DNA from: Sphaeroforma arctica JP610
Taxonomy: Eukaryota
Length of the DNA stretch: 47,740 nucleotides
Direction of reading: 5' to 3'
NCBI RefSeq assembly: GCF_001186125.1
Contig: NW_014039898.1
Location: 4,483-52,222 of the forward strand
A program made the translations under genes and the position numbers. Below are positions 36,330-47,740 of this stretch, piece by piece. The notes under the pieces were generated by a model, which was given only the letters and a program-made list of their open reading frames with translations, was not told where the DNA came from and did no database searches. The stretch's first letter is position 1; every line of letters begins with the position of its first letter.

Positions 36330-38215
36330 TCAGTGCCAAGATCCGGTATGATTGTCACTTAACTTCTACCTTCGGTTGCACCTTACATATGTGTTTGTGG
36401 TAACCTCCAGTCCCTTCGCAGTCTGCACACTTCGCGATAAAATGTTTACATTTTTCTGCGTGCCTGCCATTCCAGCGTCCATTCGGCTCATGTTGGGTCA
36501 TGCGCCAGCTGCAATCTGTCTCAGCACAGTCCTTGGTCTCCCTATATTTTGGTTTAGGAGGATCGGCTGCCTGATTAGATCTATTGGCATGGGTCCCGCG
36601 AGTGTTGACATTGTTCTTAAGACCATCAGTACCTTGCTTGGCCTAATGGCCTCCTCTGTCACCAACTTTGTTCCCCTTGTTATTTCAGTCTCGACCGGTA
36701 CCTGATCCTCCATTCGTGTTGGGTACCGTCTTCTTAATAGACGATGTGAATTTCACCACAGAACTCGGACGGTTCGAAAACGTCTGGTCTGCTCTCGAAT
36801 AATTTCAGTCCTTGTCAAGTCGGCGAGTTTTATGATGCCGTCAGTTGGCCCTTCAGTTGAAATCTCGCGTACTTTGTCCGGGAAAGATTGGTGTATATCT
36901 GCGTACAATACATTCTTGGTCTTTTCTATGCAGAGCCGACCAGAAAATAGTTTTTACCCACAGCACACACATACTCAGCTTGTCTCGCGACATTTCTTGT
37001 GGCTGAGCACGTGTTATATGAGTGTCCAGTTCCAAAAGGTAATGTGACACTGGTGTTCCTTCGTCCGGTGGTACCATTATTGATACCAATAATTCCGGTC
37101 TAGGATTGGTTGAGAACAGATGGACTATCATCTCGCTTTGCTCCTTCATGTATTTAGCTTTGTTATAGTAGCTCTAGCCTTCCCCAACTTATTATACTTA
37201 TAAGATGACGGCTTAAAACTCTGTTGCGCAGCCTCGAACCATAAGTTCTTACGTAAATTTGCAGTGAGCATAGTTTGACCAAATTCTTTCAAAGATCGCG
37301 ACAATAAAGCTAAATCACTCGTATCGATAGGGTCCTTACGGACTTTTCGATCCGAACGATACGTAAGGGGTAACTTACCTATGTCCTTGACGAACTTCTT
37401 ACTGTCCACTGACTTCTCGGCGTGTATAATGCGTAGCTCCGTATCAATCTTATATTGAAAGTGCCTCGCCATTGTTATTCTCAAACTGGCTTGCTCTAAC
37501 TTTCCTTGATCCATTGCTAGCATCACATCCTCTTTTGCATTGAGCATTCGAGCAGTGAAATCACAATTTTCTTGTCACTCTCTGAAATCTCATCAAATGG
37601 CGTGTCCATCTCCTTCAGTCCATGTAGTCACTGAATGTCTCCATCGTCACCGTCATCCTTTCGTGCCTTCTTGCGAGTCGTCATCGTCTTCTGCGTCTTC
37701 GACTGCTTGGCTGATGGCGGCAAGTTATCTGGTCAGTCTGGTTTTTCAAATTCCGGCGATGACTGATCCTCGTCTCCGCTAGAACTCTTAGACTTCTTTT
37801 CCAGCGTAAATTTTCGTTTGCCGATCTTCTTCCGGTCTTTGTATTCCTGGAATTCAGCCGCCGACTTTCGCAATTCGCGCAGGGAATCATCTGTGTCTCG
37901 GCCATCTGAATCTTCTCGTCCAGAGTCTGCCCCCTGTTCTGATTCAGATTCTGAAGCCCCTTTACCTTGTGGTATTAGGTCTCCCGGTCCTGATTCTGTC
38001 TGCTTTTGCTTCGGCATCTCCTTGGATTTCTTAGATTTCTTGGGCTTGGTCTTGCCCTTTGTAACGTCATCAAAATAATCCGCAGGCAAAGCGTGTGCCA
38101 TCATATTTGTCACAGCTTCGTCCGCTTACGGGTCAGGCGTCAAAGAGTGTTCCAAAGGCGTAACCTTCGGCTGGTTCTATTATGCCATCGCTTTTTCTTT
38201 ACCCTTCGTCATATA
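36330..38215 (-). pseudogene. Gypsy-B gag (frameshifted)
   Basis: Chain of minus-strand ORFs (37733-38113, 37146-37547, 36853-37149) ending in CAETDC..HAEKC and CADCEGTGGYHKHIC, located between the 5' LTR and the protease. Confidence 0.75.
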
Positions 38216-38328
38216 CTTCCGATAGCGTCTAAACTTAAAAACATGTAAATGTCAGACTAACCAGGCTGACTATCGGTTTCAATGAATTAACGTAAAAGAA
38301 AAGTAAGATTTTAAAGTAAATTGCACAA

Positions 38329-39048
38329 TGTAATTTTAAGTTTAGCTTCAGCCCTTGGTAATGAGCTAAAGATTAGGGGATGTAAGACTGAGACTATTGT
38401 CTTTATGGCTCCGCTCTAATCACTCAATACTTCTGTCTAAAAAAAAATTGGTGTCAGTAAATAAAATCATATCTCATTTCATTGGATGTATGATATTTCA
38501 TTCTATATCATTCTATGCCTCGAAACTACGTTCCAATCGCAATTACCAATAAAACAACTCTAAGTCCAACTCAAGAAAAATATAAATAAAATCAAAAACT
38601 CCATGCTGGTACAGTTAAATGTCAGTACCTATACCCCATCACATGGTACCTAGCTCTCCATCCCATTGAAGGCATAGACGGGCACATCTAGTTGGCCGGC
38701 TAGGGGGGGATCTTATTCATGCTGAGAGTATTTGGTAATACAACATGTGTCATCAAGTGTCAGTATCACGTGAGACTCGCCCAGTGTTGTATCCCAATAT
38801 TCTGATGGAAATTATACATGTAGAAAAACCATCATATCAATATCGACAGAGTCTCATTTCTCTGTCGTATACAATTATCAACAGAGTCTCATTTCTCTGT
38901 CGTATACAATTATAGTTCCAAATATACAAATTAGATTATTTGTCAATTATCTACAATTGCGTTTCAACGTATACCAGTTTTCATAACCGTAATAACGTTT
39001 GAACGATAATACGTTTATAATACTATAGGAACCCGCTGATTTTACACA
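38329..39048 (-). repeat. 5' LTR of Gypsy-B
   Basis: TGTAATTT...TTTACACA, homologous to 30889-32048. Confidence 0.9.
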
Positions 39049-40560
39049 TATTTATCTGCCCAGTTATTGCCGATGTCACAAACCAGTCGCTGCATGGCAA
39101 TTTCAGATGAGCCGATTCCTTGTTTGTACCAAGCGACACACTTGGCTGCAGCTTTAGTTCCTAATCGCATAATGTCTCTTCTCCCACGTTGTCGTTTCTT
39201 GCAATAGCTGGGCTTAAGTATAAGATGGAAGGCAGCATCTATCTGCCCGACGTTAGAAAAACTTGGTAAAGGTGCTTGAGTATCGTTATGCGCAGCTGCT
39301 GAAACGACATTCAAACCGTTACAGAAGCTGATCACGGCTTCTACTATCACATTCCCTTGTGCAGAGCCTGTATCGTTTTTGAAGAAGTGCTTTGTTCCTG
39401 TGCGTCTAGTCTTCGTCGCATTATCTGGGTTGATGAATTCACTGATGAACGGTTGCAACTCTTTGTCATCTGCATATACACCATCGTACGGCTCAACCAC
39501 AGGTAGGATATCCGTTTGGGTATAGACAATCAAGCCAGTGTGAGTGATTATAATATCGTGAAACTCTGTTGCGCCGTGTCTAATTGCTTTCTTGATCCAT
39601 GTTAACTTCTGTTTCGTCGGATATGTTCGGCCTACCACAGCAACTGCCGTGTTCAAGATCGTTCTCGTTCGCCTTTTTCGTTCGTGATCCCAGCACACCA
39701 ATGCTTCAAATATATCATTCGGACAAGTGATGTCGTGTATGGATATTATCCAGTTGTTGATAAATTATTGTACGTACGAAAAGTGAGCGTCCAGTACGGA
39801 TTTACTTGAAGAAATCAAAAGTTAGTATTGGTTAACTGATGACGTTTCGTGTCATATTATGTAGCAAGAATTAGTAATAAGTACACATACATTGAGAAAC
39901 TACAGGTCTCAGGCCAGATTTTACAGCAAGAAACCATCTTTGATTTATGGAAGTCATCAGAGTTAGCTCACTCCCGAGAGCTAATCAAGTTGCACAAATT
40001 ACTCTCAAGAGTTGAGTTATTACTTAACCGACTTCCGAGAGCAGATTTAGTTTCTCAACCGATTCCCGAGAGTGGATTAAGCCTATCAACCACAACATAT
40101 TAATAATAGCTGCGGTTCTATGTGAGTCACAACCTATGCGGAATGGCATCATGTGATCAGCGTGAGTTTTAGTTGCAGAGAAGTTGAAAATGAAAAGCAT
40201 CGAAGTGTTAAAGTGTTCCGCATAAGGTTTCTCATACTGACCATATGAGTTTTTACCCTGGCCAGCCCAAGTGGCTGAACACTAGCACAAACATCTTAGG
40301 TATAAAACCAAAGGTGAGGTCAGAAATAAATATATACATTTGCACTTTATTTAAAGTCTACTGCATTGTACTCTGACATACATACCCACCTGGGCTTCGA
40401 TAAAGTTCCATCGTTTGATCTGCAAGTCAATGCCCATAGTCTTGAGTTTCCGATTGATCCGCACACATTCTATAAAATTGTCTGGCGATGAAAATGATCC
40501 AGCGTTGTCACTTTGTAGGATGATCGCTTTTTTACTTGGAAACTGCTTCTTTATACGTAG
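39049..40560 (-). pseudogene. Sola3-like transposase B, C-terminal part
   Basis: LRIKKQFPSKKAIILQSDNAGSFSS..WNFIEAQV (about 40390-40560), an intron, then GKSVLDAHFSYV..TCPNDIFEAL and ORF 39042-39701. Parallels copy A (QSDNTSTFS, EAQAGKTALDTHF, CTPVDIYRAV). Confidence 0.75.
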
Positions 40561-43500
40561 GAATAATAATAAATTATTTCAAAAAAAGAAAAGTTACAAT
40601 GTATGTATATTACAATGAACATATGGTATGGATCTCATAGCCGTTGCAGTGGTTCGGGAAAGATCAATGGGAAAAAAGTGGTCAGTAAATTCCCGTTTGA
40701 AGCTTGGGCCAATTGAGTCGACGATAGAGGATATGCGCTGAGTCAATTCGGGCCGGTGCTGACAAAACACTGATACCATCGAATGTGCCATGTATTCGCT
40801 TGTTGACCTACTAGGTAGCGTACCACCTCTGTGATACGGATCGGGTCTGCGCCGTGTTATGCCGTGTGCTGGCTGGCCTGGATCGGAAGTATCATAGGCG
40901 GGACAGGACCAACAAGCGCGATGATTGGGTTGAACTGACATTTGGAAGTAGTACTTCAACGGCGTGATTGGCCGGGGTATGGGGAACATCTGTTGATGTG
41001 TCAGAGACGGGTGAGGGTACGGTGGTGCTTCTACATGTTGGAGAAAATATCCAAGGTGTTCGTGGAGGGTCCAGATACCGTGGAAGTCGTGGCACTCCTG
41101 TAACTGCTGAAGGAGGTAAGGGCCTATGGGCGGCAGTTTCGGGCCTACCAGGATGCGTCGAATCAGTTGTTGGATGCAGGTAAAGTGGCTAGTGGTGAAC
41201 TTGTGGCTACCGGGGCAGACAGGGCAGAGACAGCCGTCGGTGCGGTAGTCAAGCAATGTGAACATGTACGTATTCGTTGCAATCATAGCACAGAGCCGGA
41301 TTGATGTAGGCTCGAGGCAGCGGTTGAAGCTGTCGTGTCTGGCTTTGTCTCGGTTTGAGGTTGGCGGTTTACCCATAACCAGTTGGTAGTAGTATTGACG
41401 CCGAACCTTTGCCGCGATCTCCTTGTTGGACCAGCGGTTTGTTGAGTTCTTCCTGATGTCGTCACGGCGTTGGAGGAGGGCTACATGGCCAGGTGTACGC
41501 CCGCACGTGGTTTTGTGTACAGTTTTCAGGTGAGCATAAATACTGTACGGGAAGCGCAGTGAAGGTTTGTCGTGGGCCCAGGCGGGTTGCGTCAGAGGGG
41601 TGAGTGGATTTGTGCTGGCCATTGAGTCGAGTTATATTCCCAGGCAACCTCTGAGGTAGTCCGCGAATGGTCGCGCGGGAAGCAGGCCACAAAAGTGGAG
41701 TAAGTTTAATTGATGTTTGGGAAACCGAGGGTATTTAGCGCCCGTGATGATGGCTGATGCTTGGATGCGTACTGAGTTAAAGCGCTCGAACAGGGAGTCC
41801 AACGCATCCTTCCATATAGGCGGAGCCCAGGCGATAATGTTCAGGCCATATGTAGCCGTGGAAAGGATGAATGCTTTGAACAGCACCAGTCGGTTGCGGG
41901 GGTGTCGCCAGCTGAAGCCATGGGAGCCATAAGCGCGGAAAAGGGCGATACCCAGAGACAATGCTGCAACCAGGGATTGCATATGTCTGGCGAGGTTTAT
42001 CCCTGGTATTCCGTGAGAGAGTGGGAACCCTGGATATTTGGAGTGTTTCGGTTTGGCATGTGTGGGCGTCATCTTCAGGGGGAGAAAACGTCTGTTCCAA
42101 GGTGCGTCTGCAAGCGTCGGCGTGATAAGCTCACCATTTAAACGGAGGGTTGGCGCCGCGTGTCGCAAGTCGGTAGATCGCACTCGGGGTTTAATGACAC
42201 TTTGTTCGAGGCCGTCATCTAAGAAGGGCTGGAGCGGAACCGATTGAGGGGCTTGGATTCGTGTGTCATCGACAAATAAATAAGATCGGAGGAGCTTGGG
42301 CCGAAATTGTGCTAACTTGACAGCTAAGGAATCCATGTAGATAGTAAAGAGCTGGGGCCCGACGATTGAGCCTTGTAGGATTCCATTCGTTCTATGGAAT
42401 AGAGGCGAGAGCGTGCAGCGGTATGTCACTCGGGTAGGGACCCTCTCAAATAGCGCGCGGAGGCAGTTGATCCAGTTTTCGGGCATTCCAGCGTGGCGCA
42501 GGAGTACCCATAGTTGGGTATGACAGGAGTACCGTGATTTGAAGCCAGCTTGGGTAGCGTAGGTAGCAGTTTTCAAAGTTGCGTCTGACTATTTGCGTAA
42601 GCGTGATGGGGCGGAAGTCGGTGGGGGAGGTGATATCTGCATCGGCTATCTTTGGGTGCGCTGTCAGGAGGCTGCAGGGAAGGGCTGCAGGGAAGGTACC
42701 CGCCTTCAGTACCTCAGTGAATGCTTCGGCAAGGAGTATAAGCAGTGGGCTTGTGGCATCGGGGCGTCCAAATGTCCGGCGTTCGGTGGAGCGCTCCACT
42801 GCGGCCTTCAGGAGGAGGATGTGGATCCCGTCGGGATAACTTCCATTACATCGTCGGGGCATATGGTGGAAGTGACATCGGGAGAGGGTTCAGTATCCGG
42901 CGGAACCACGTACGGGTTTGTAGAGTTGAATAGGTCCTCAGAGTAGCCAGCGAGAGTGGCGCCTGTGTCACCGGTACCCGGTATGCAGGGTTGGCGCGGC
43001 GACCGTCGTTGGTACGCAATATCTTTGAACATTTGAGCATTGCTTTGGGCGGTCAGACGTGGGCGGAACGAGTGGTTTGGCAGCCGCTGAACCCAGGGTC
43101 TGTTTAAGTCATAGTAGAATCCTCCGAAGATTTGTGGGTTAGCGGCATAGCGCCAGATGCGGTCGAAGATCCGTAGCAGCCCTTCCGCTGGTCCGTACAA
43201 AGAGAGATACGACCGTAGTAGGTTCTGATGACCCCGGATTTCGGCTTGGAATAGTCGCGCGCGGGATTTGTTGCGTAGGTGAACAGTCGATGGCGATATC
43301 GGTTATATCCATGGGAGGGGAGACGTTGGTCCGGAGGCGGCGGCATTGCTGGCATTTGTTGGGGCCGATGGATTTGATTCGTAGAAATTATCTGGAGATC
43401 GAGTCCAAAGGTGTGGTCACCACAGATACCGTAGTCCGTCAGCTTATAAGTTTGGAGGGAGGCGGGGGTGGTAGGTCGATGATACGCATGTTCAGTACCA

Positions 43501-45480
43501 GTTGAGCCGCCAGCATAAAGGTAGTCCAAGTGCCACTTATTATGCAGAGTAGTCTCAATCGTTTTCATACGTAGTCCGTGATTTGTAGATGCGTGGCCAT
43601 ACTTCCGGGCTTTTAAGATGAAATCTCCCCACACGACATCTGGTTGGAAACCGCCAATCTCGGGGGGATTCATGTATCGCCTGACGTCTTCTTCAGTAAG
43701 CGATTTGAGTGGAAAGTAGAACACGGCCATATGAACGCCAAAGCACACAAAGAACACTGCGTACGGTGAAGAGTGTACAAGTTGAAAATTCGATGGGTGG
43801 TCTTTGGAAACGATGCCAATACCACAGTGTGAAGGGTGTAAGGTCTTATGCCGTGTAGTGTGATGTAGAATATGGTAGTGTGTGTTCGAGCGTACATGAT
43901 TAAGAAATGTGGCGTTATGCCAGAATTCAACCACACACATAACATCAACCTGACTTAAAATCGATACAACGTTCAAACACTTGTCTGTATGTACTGCGTT
44001 GTCCATGTTGAGTCCTTGTGGGTTGAAGAGCGTCATCCTCATTGGTCCTAACATTGTTCATCCTCGGTCAATACTACTGGGCTCTCTTCTTTAACGATGT
44101 CAGCCATTTCTATATCGTTGCCTGTCGACGAAGAGTCTGTCGTGGAAGGTTGAGGCAGCGTATTGGTAACCATCGTGTCGGATGGTTGTGTCGGGAAGAC
44201 CGTTGGTATATGAAGTCGTCCGGGTTCCGCACGCGCTGGTTCTTTAGCGTTTGCTGGGATTCGCGGGTTAGGTGAGAATAGTTTTGCATCATGTTTTGCT
44301 TGGCAAGCCTTCTGGACACGGTCCGTGGTAGATCGGAGGATGTCTGCGTTAGTAGAGTTTGCAAGGGGGCTCAGTAGTGCATCCATGCTGCGGGCAAGAA
44401 TTTTTGGCGCTCGTTCATGTGTGCAGCGGGCCTCCCACTTGGTGCGGAGATAGTGGATTAAGACTGCTTTCATAGCGTCGGGATGTTGTTGGGAGTGGGG
44501 GTCGATATTTTCCACGTAAGTGCTGCATGTCGTTTCACCTGGGCGACAGACAAAGGCGGACGAAACTGATGGAGCTTCCGCGATTTTTCAAATACTGAAT
44601 GGGATGGGGGCTTGCCGTTAGGGAAAATTGCTCGGAAGAAGAGCCATACCAGAGTTATGTCATCCATTTCATAAAGAGTTTTGTCCGGCATCGGGCGGAC
44701 CACCACTTTCGTCAAAAGGTGTTCGGGTACTGGCGGCTGCGGTAGGGACTGAGAAACTGGTGGGGTCGGGTGTTTTTAGGGCTCGGGTTTTCAGGTTTGT
44801 CCACTTTTGAGCGGTAGCTGGGAGGCTCACTGCTGCTATTGGGCGCCTGTGACCGTGGTCGTTTTGCTGGCCGAGCAGACGGGCTTGTGGAGCCAAATCG
44901 GAAAGTGTCGGGTGTGTCTTCATCTATTGGTGCACGGGTTTGGGATTTAAGGTCCTGGAGTTCGGATTCGAGGTTGTTTACTTTTGCACAGAGGTTAGTG
45001 AGCATTTGGTGCATGGTTGATTTCCATTGGTCATCAGTCAAAGGCTTCTTGAAGATGTGTTCATCATTGTTCGGGGTTGGTAGAGGCGGTCCCAAAATTT
45101 GATTGAGATTGGCCTGTAGTGTATTGACCTGGGCAGAGACGTCTATGATAGATTTTGTAAGTCCAATTTCCATTGGTCATTGGGCAAGGAGTCCTTGAGG
45201 ATGAACGCCTCAGTTGAGGATTCGGCCTGGCCGACATTTTTCACGGCTGTGGGACTGTGGGACCCCAGGCTCCCTACTAGATTTTTTGTTTTTTTTGTTT
45301 GAAAATACAAATTTCAAGTCTGGTATTTATGCGAATTTTGGTGGGGTCCGTGGGATTTTAGAAAAAACCCTCTACACTGGTAACCTGCTGGTCACCGAGA
45401 TTTACGTTTCGGAGACGAGAATTTGAATCAAAGGTCCGTCGTGAAAAAATATATTTGGGGGAGTGAAAAATAAATATCGG
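40561..45480 (-). mobile_element. Non-LTR retrotransposon (LINE; ORF1 plus APE-RT-Zn ORF2), full length but inactivated, nested in transposase B
   Basis: ORF1 fragments 44048-45173. APE motifs FNPQGL, CVVEFW, WGDF, GDH. RT motifs DFRPITLT, QAGF, GILQGS..P, LFVDD. CPVC..H..C. TTA-rich 3' tail. The flanks rejoin transposase B (ALEGVVL|RIKKQFP). No clear TSD. Confidence 0.88.
40594..44054 (-). pseudogene. LINE ORF2 (APE endonuclease, RT, zinc finger)
   Basis: ORFs 43104-44054, 42808-43200, 42446-42862, 41632-42576 and 40594-41622. The RT segment carrying the first catalytic Asp (D..KAFD) is missing between QAGF and LWVLL. Confidence 0.88.
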
Positions 45481-47740
45481 GAAGTACCACACCCTCGAGA
45501 GCCGTCTGAACACTTTCGGCGTTCTGGTTATGATCTGTATTGATCATTTCTTAGTACCTACATTTTATAAAAAGAAAGAAATATATAATTTTGGTGCAGT
45601 GCACGTGATATTTTGAAATATAACCAACAAATGGATACATACTCTGTTTTTATGGGACCTCCCACCTCGTCCCTATATGAAATTGCCGCGCCGAGAAGAC
45701 TATGTCCCTTCTTCCCGAAATACTTTGTCATATCTTCGTAATGCCATTGACTTAAGATTTTCTGTTTGTGGTCTATAATAATGTGTAGTGTCTCCGTGTC
45801 AAGAGTCTCTTTAACTTTCTCAATGTGGTGATCCTGCCAGCTTCCCCTCGCGGTGTGGTTTTGGAAACGAAGGATTTCGCTCGATATGATCGTTAGAACC
45901 GGCAGTATTGATGCAAGGTCCACGAATGATAGTTCCTTCCCGCAGTCAGTTGTAATTGGCTCTATACCTTCTGGAGGTGATACGAAAGATTGGAAGTCTA
46001 GACTACGTCCAGATCTGGCATGTCTGTACTTACTGGATCGGTAGTAGCTGCCTCATGCTGCGTCCTGATGCGATCTACCACAATCTCCGCAGCCCTTGTA
46101 GTAAGACTTCCACGGATATGTTTCCCGATACGTGGTATCAATGATAGCATTTGTAAACACCTTCTACACTTAAATTTATGCGTTTTAGTGCACTTGTCAC
46201 CACCCATGGCTCGTTCAAGGCAGTGGAATAAGTCCCCATCGCATTTGGTATGGTCGTGTGTACAATGTTTTGCATAATCCCGCTTTATGAAGGTCTGCAA
46301 CACCTTTACCTCCTTTTCAAATAGTCCTCATTATTTACAAAATAGCAACAAGAAGTCTGTGTTATTCATAAATGTGGTGAAATAGTGCGATAGTCCCACA
46401 TGTTGTTTTGCCTCCTTTGTGACCATGTCCAACATGACATAAAAGGAACTCTTGCCTATCTGTTTGTACGCATTAGTTGATGTAGGCGTAGTGAGAGTGA
46501 GGGTTTGGTTGGCTGTGGTGGACAGATGTGCACGAGGTGTGTGCTCGCCGAAATACTTATCATATGCTCTTCACATAACGTCCTTACTATATTTACGTAA
46601 CATGTAAGGTATGTCTTTCAGACGAGCGTCCAGATAGCGTGGGTTTCGTAATTGTCCTGCTATAAATCCAGTAATCATGTCTGATGTGGTATGTATCCAA
46701 TTCAATGTGTATAGAAAACTCACAGACTCCTTCTAATTGTAACGAATAGGGGGTGAGATTGATTGTGTCAGAGCTCCAGATAAATAGTACAATATCCAAG
46801 CGCATAGTTAGAAATCTTTATAAATAGAAATAACTTCTTACCCTGGCTTTATATGTTCCTCGCTCAGACAAATTCTCCCCTCGAAGAGATCTTCCGTATC
46901 ATTCTCCAAATTTCGAGCTCGGTGTTGACACTTTATTTTCTGGTTGATCTCCTGATTCTGTTGCTCGCGGCGTAGTGCGCGACGGGCTCGACTCAAAGCG
47001 GGCTGTCGCATCTGAAAGTGTGTCTTTCACTTTGTTCGTGATATCAAGTTTGGTTTGAGCTCCATCATTCAAAAACTCATAAAGAGTGCATACTCGACAT
47101 ATAGAACTACATCCAGTGCGAACAGCTAAATCCGCAACCGTGTTTATATGCCTCATATCTTACTCTTTCTCGGATTGATTCAGAACGAGCCTATACAATA
47201 GATCACTCGCTTGTGTATCTTTGAACGATATAATTTTCACCACTTGCTCACTAGCCCGCGTATGTTACTAATCAACGAGTCTCTTTTGGGCGTTTTTGTC
47301 TCCATTGCTGCATATGAAACCTGATAGACGAAAGGACGTACTGTGTCACCAAGAAATTCGTACAATTTATCTATCTTAGCATTACAGATGCCATCATCAT
47401 CTTTTGCTTTGTCTCGTTCTGCTGCGGCCAGAATATCGACGTCACTAAAATGAATCAGTTCCTGTTCACGTAGCGAGCGTCGGACCGGTCCTTGATTCTG
47501 AGCGCACTAACCTCTTCTTCGTTTGTTATTCTTTTGACCTTTCTGGTTTGTTGTTTGACAACAGCATTGACTATCTAAACACAAGTATGTTTCGTCGTTA
47601 ACGCTCGGCGTTTCGCATCCAAGACATCGTTTACACTCATCACACTGGCCCCGATCGTGACGGTGGGTTGCAACAGGACATGGCCAATATGGATCATCCT
47701 GCTGTTGTAGTAAACACATCAAAATACGATACTAAACCTA
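45481..47740 (-). pseudogene. Sola3-like transposase B, N-terminal and central part (continues beyond the window)
   Basis: IIIDHKQKILSQWHYEDMTKYFGKKGHSLLG, DHNQNAESVQTALE, and Cys/His-rich HCTHDHTKC..HKFKCRRC parallel copy A. Several introns and frameshifts. Confidence 0.75.

Larger units (their letters stand above)
30889..39048 (-). mobile_element. Ty3/Gypsy (chromovirus-like) LTR retrotransposon B, structurally full length but frameshifted: gag-PR-RT-RH-MTase-IN-chromo
   Basis: 5' LTR 38329-39048 (TG..CA), 3' LTR about 30889-32048, PPT 32049-32064, all pol motifs recognisable. Possible TSD TATTT (30884-30888, 39049-39053). Confidence 0.93.

Noticed and set aside
39836..39960. Hammerhead ribozyme or Penelope-like end (CTGATGA, GTTTCG)
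   Set aside because: The core motifs are not in the right order or spacing on one strand, and I could not build the stems.

Overview
Eukaryotic genomic window. It has spliceosomal introns and two N-gaps; a unicellular opisthokont such as an ichthyosporean is my guess only. The first 7 kb hold two convergent host genes: a 5'-partial, 8-exon p38/HOG1-type MAP kinase (TGY activation loop, 510-4814 +) and an intronless multi-TM protein with a C-terminal RGS domain (7TM-RGS type, 5284/5156-6849 -). The other 40 kb are a nest of decayed transposons. There are two Sola3-like DDD DNA transposons, each apparently paired with a convergent THAP gene. There are two related Ty3/Gypsy LTR retrotransposons, an 8.9-kb LTR-bounded element with no recognisable gag/pol, and a full-length APE+RT LINE. 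The stand-out observation is that both Gypsy elements carry a DIRS/Dam-type DNA N6-adenine methyltransferase (IDMFA...NPPW) directly after RNase H. In copy B it is fused in frame and followed by a DDE integrase and a chromodomain-like tail, giving an integrase-type LTR retrotransposon with its own 6mA writer. Other notable features are two short telomere-like (TTTAGGG-type) insertions inside elements, a solo LTR at the RNase H/MTase junction, possible self-priming PBS sites, and a probable frameshift in the RGS domain. All family calls come from motif recognition by eye, not from database searches.
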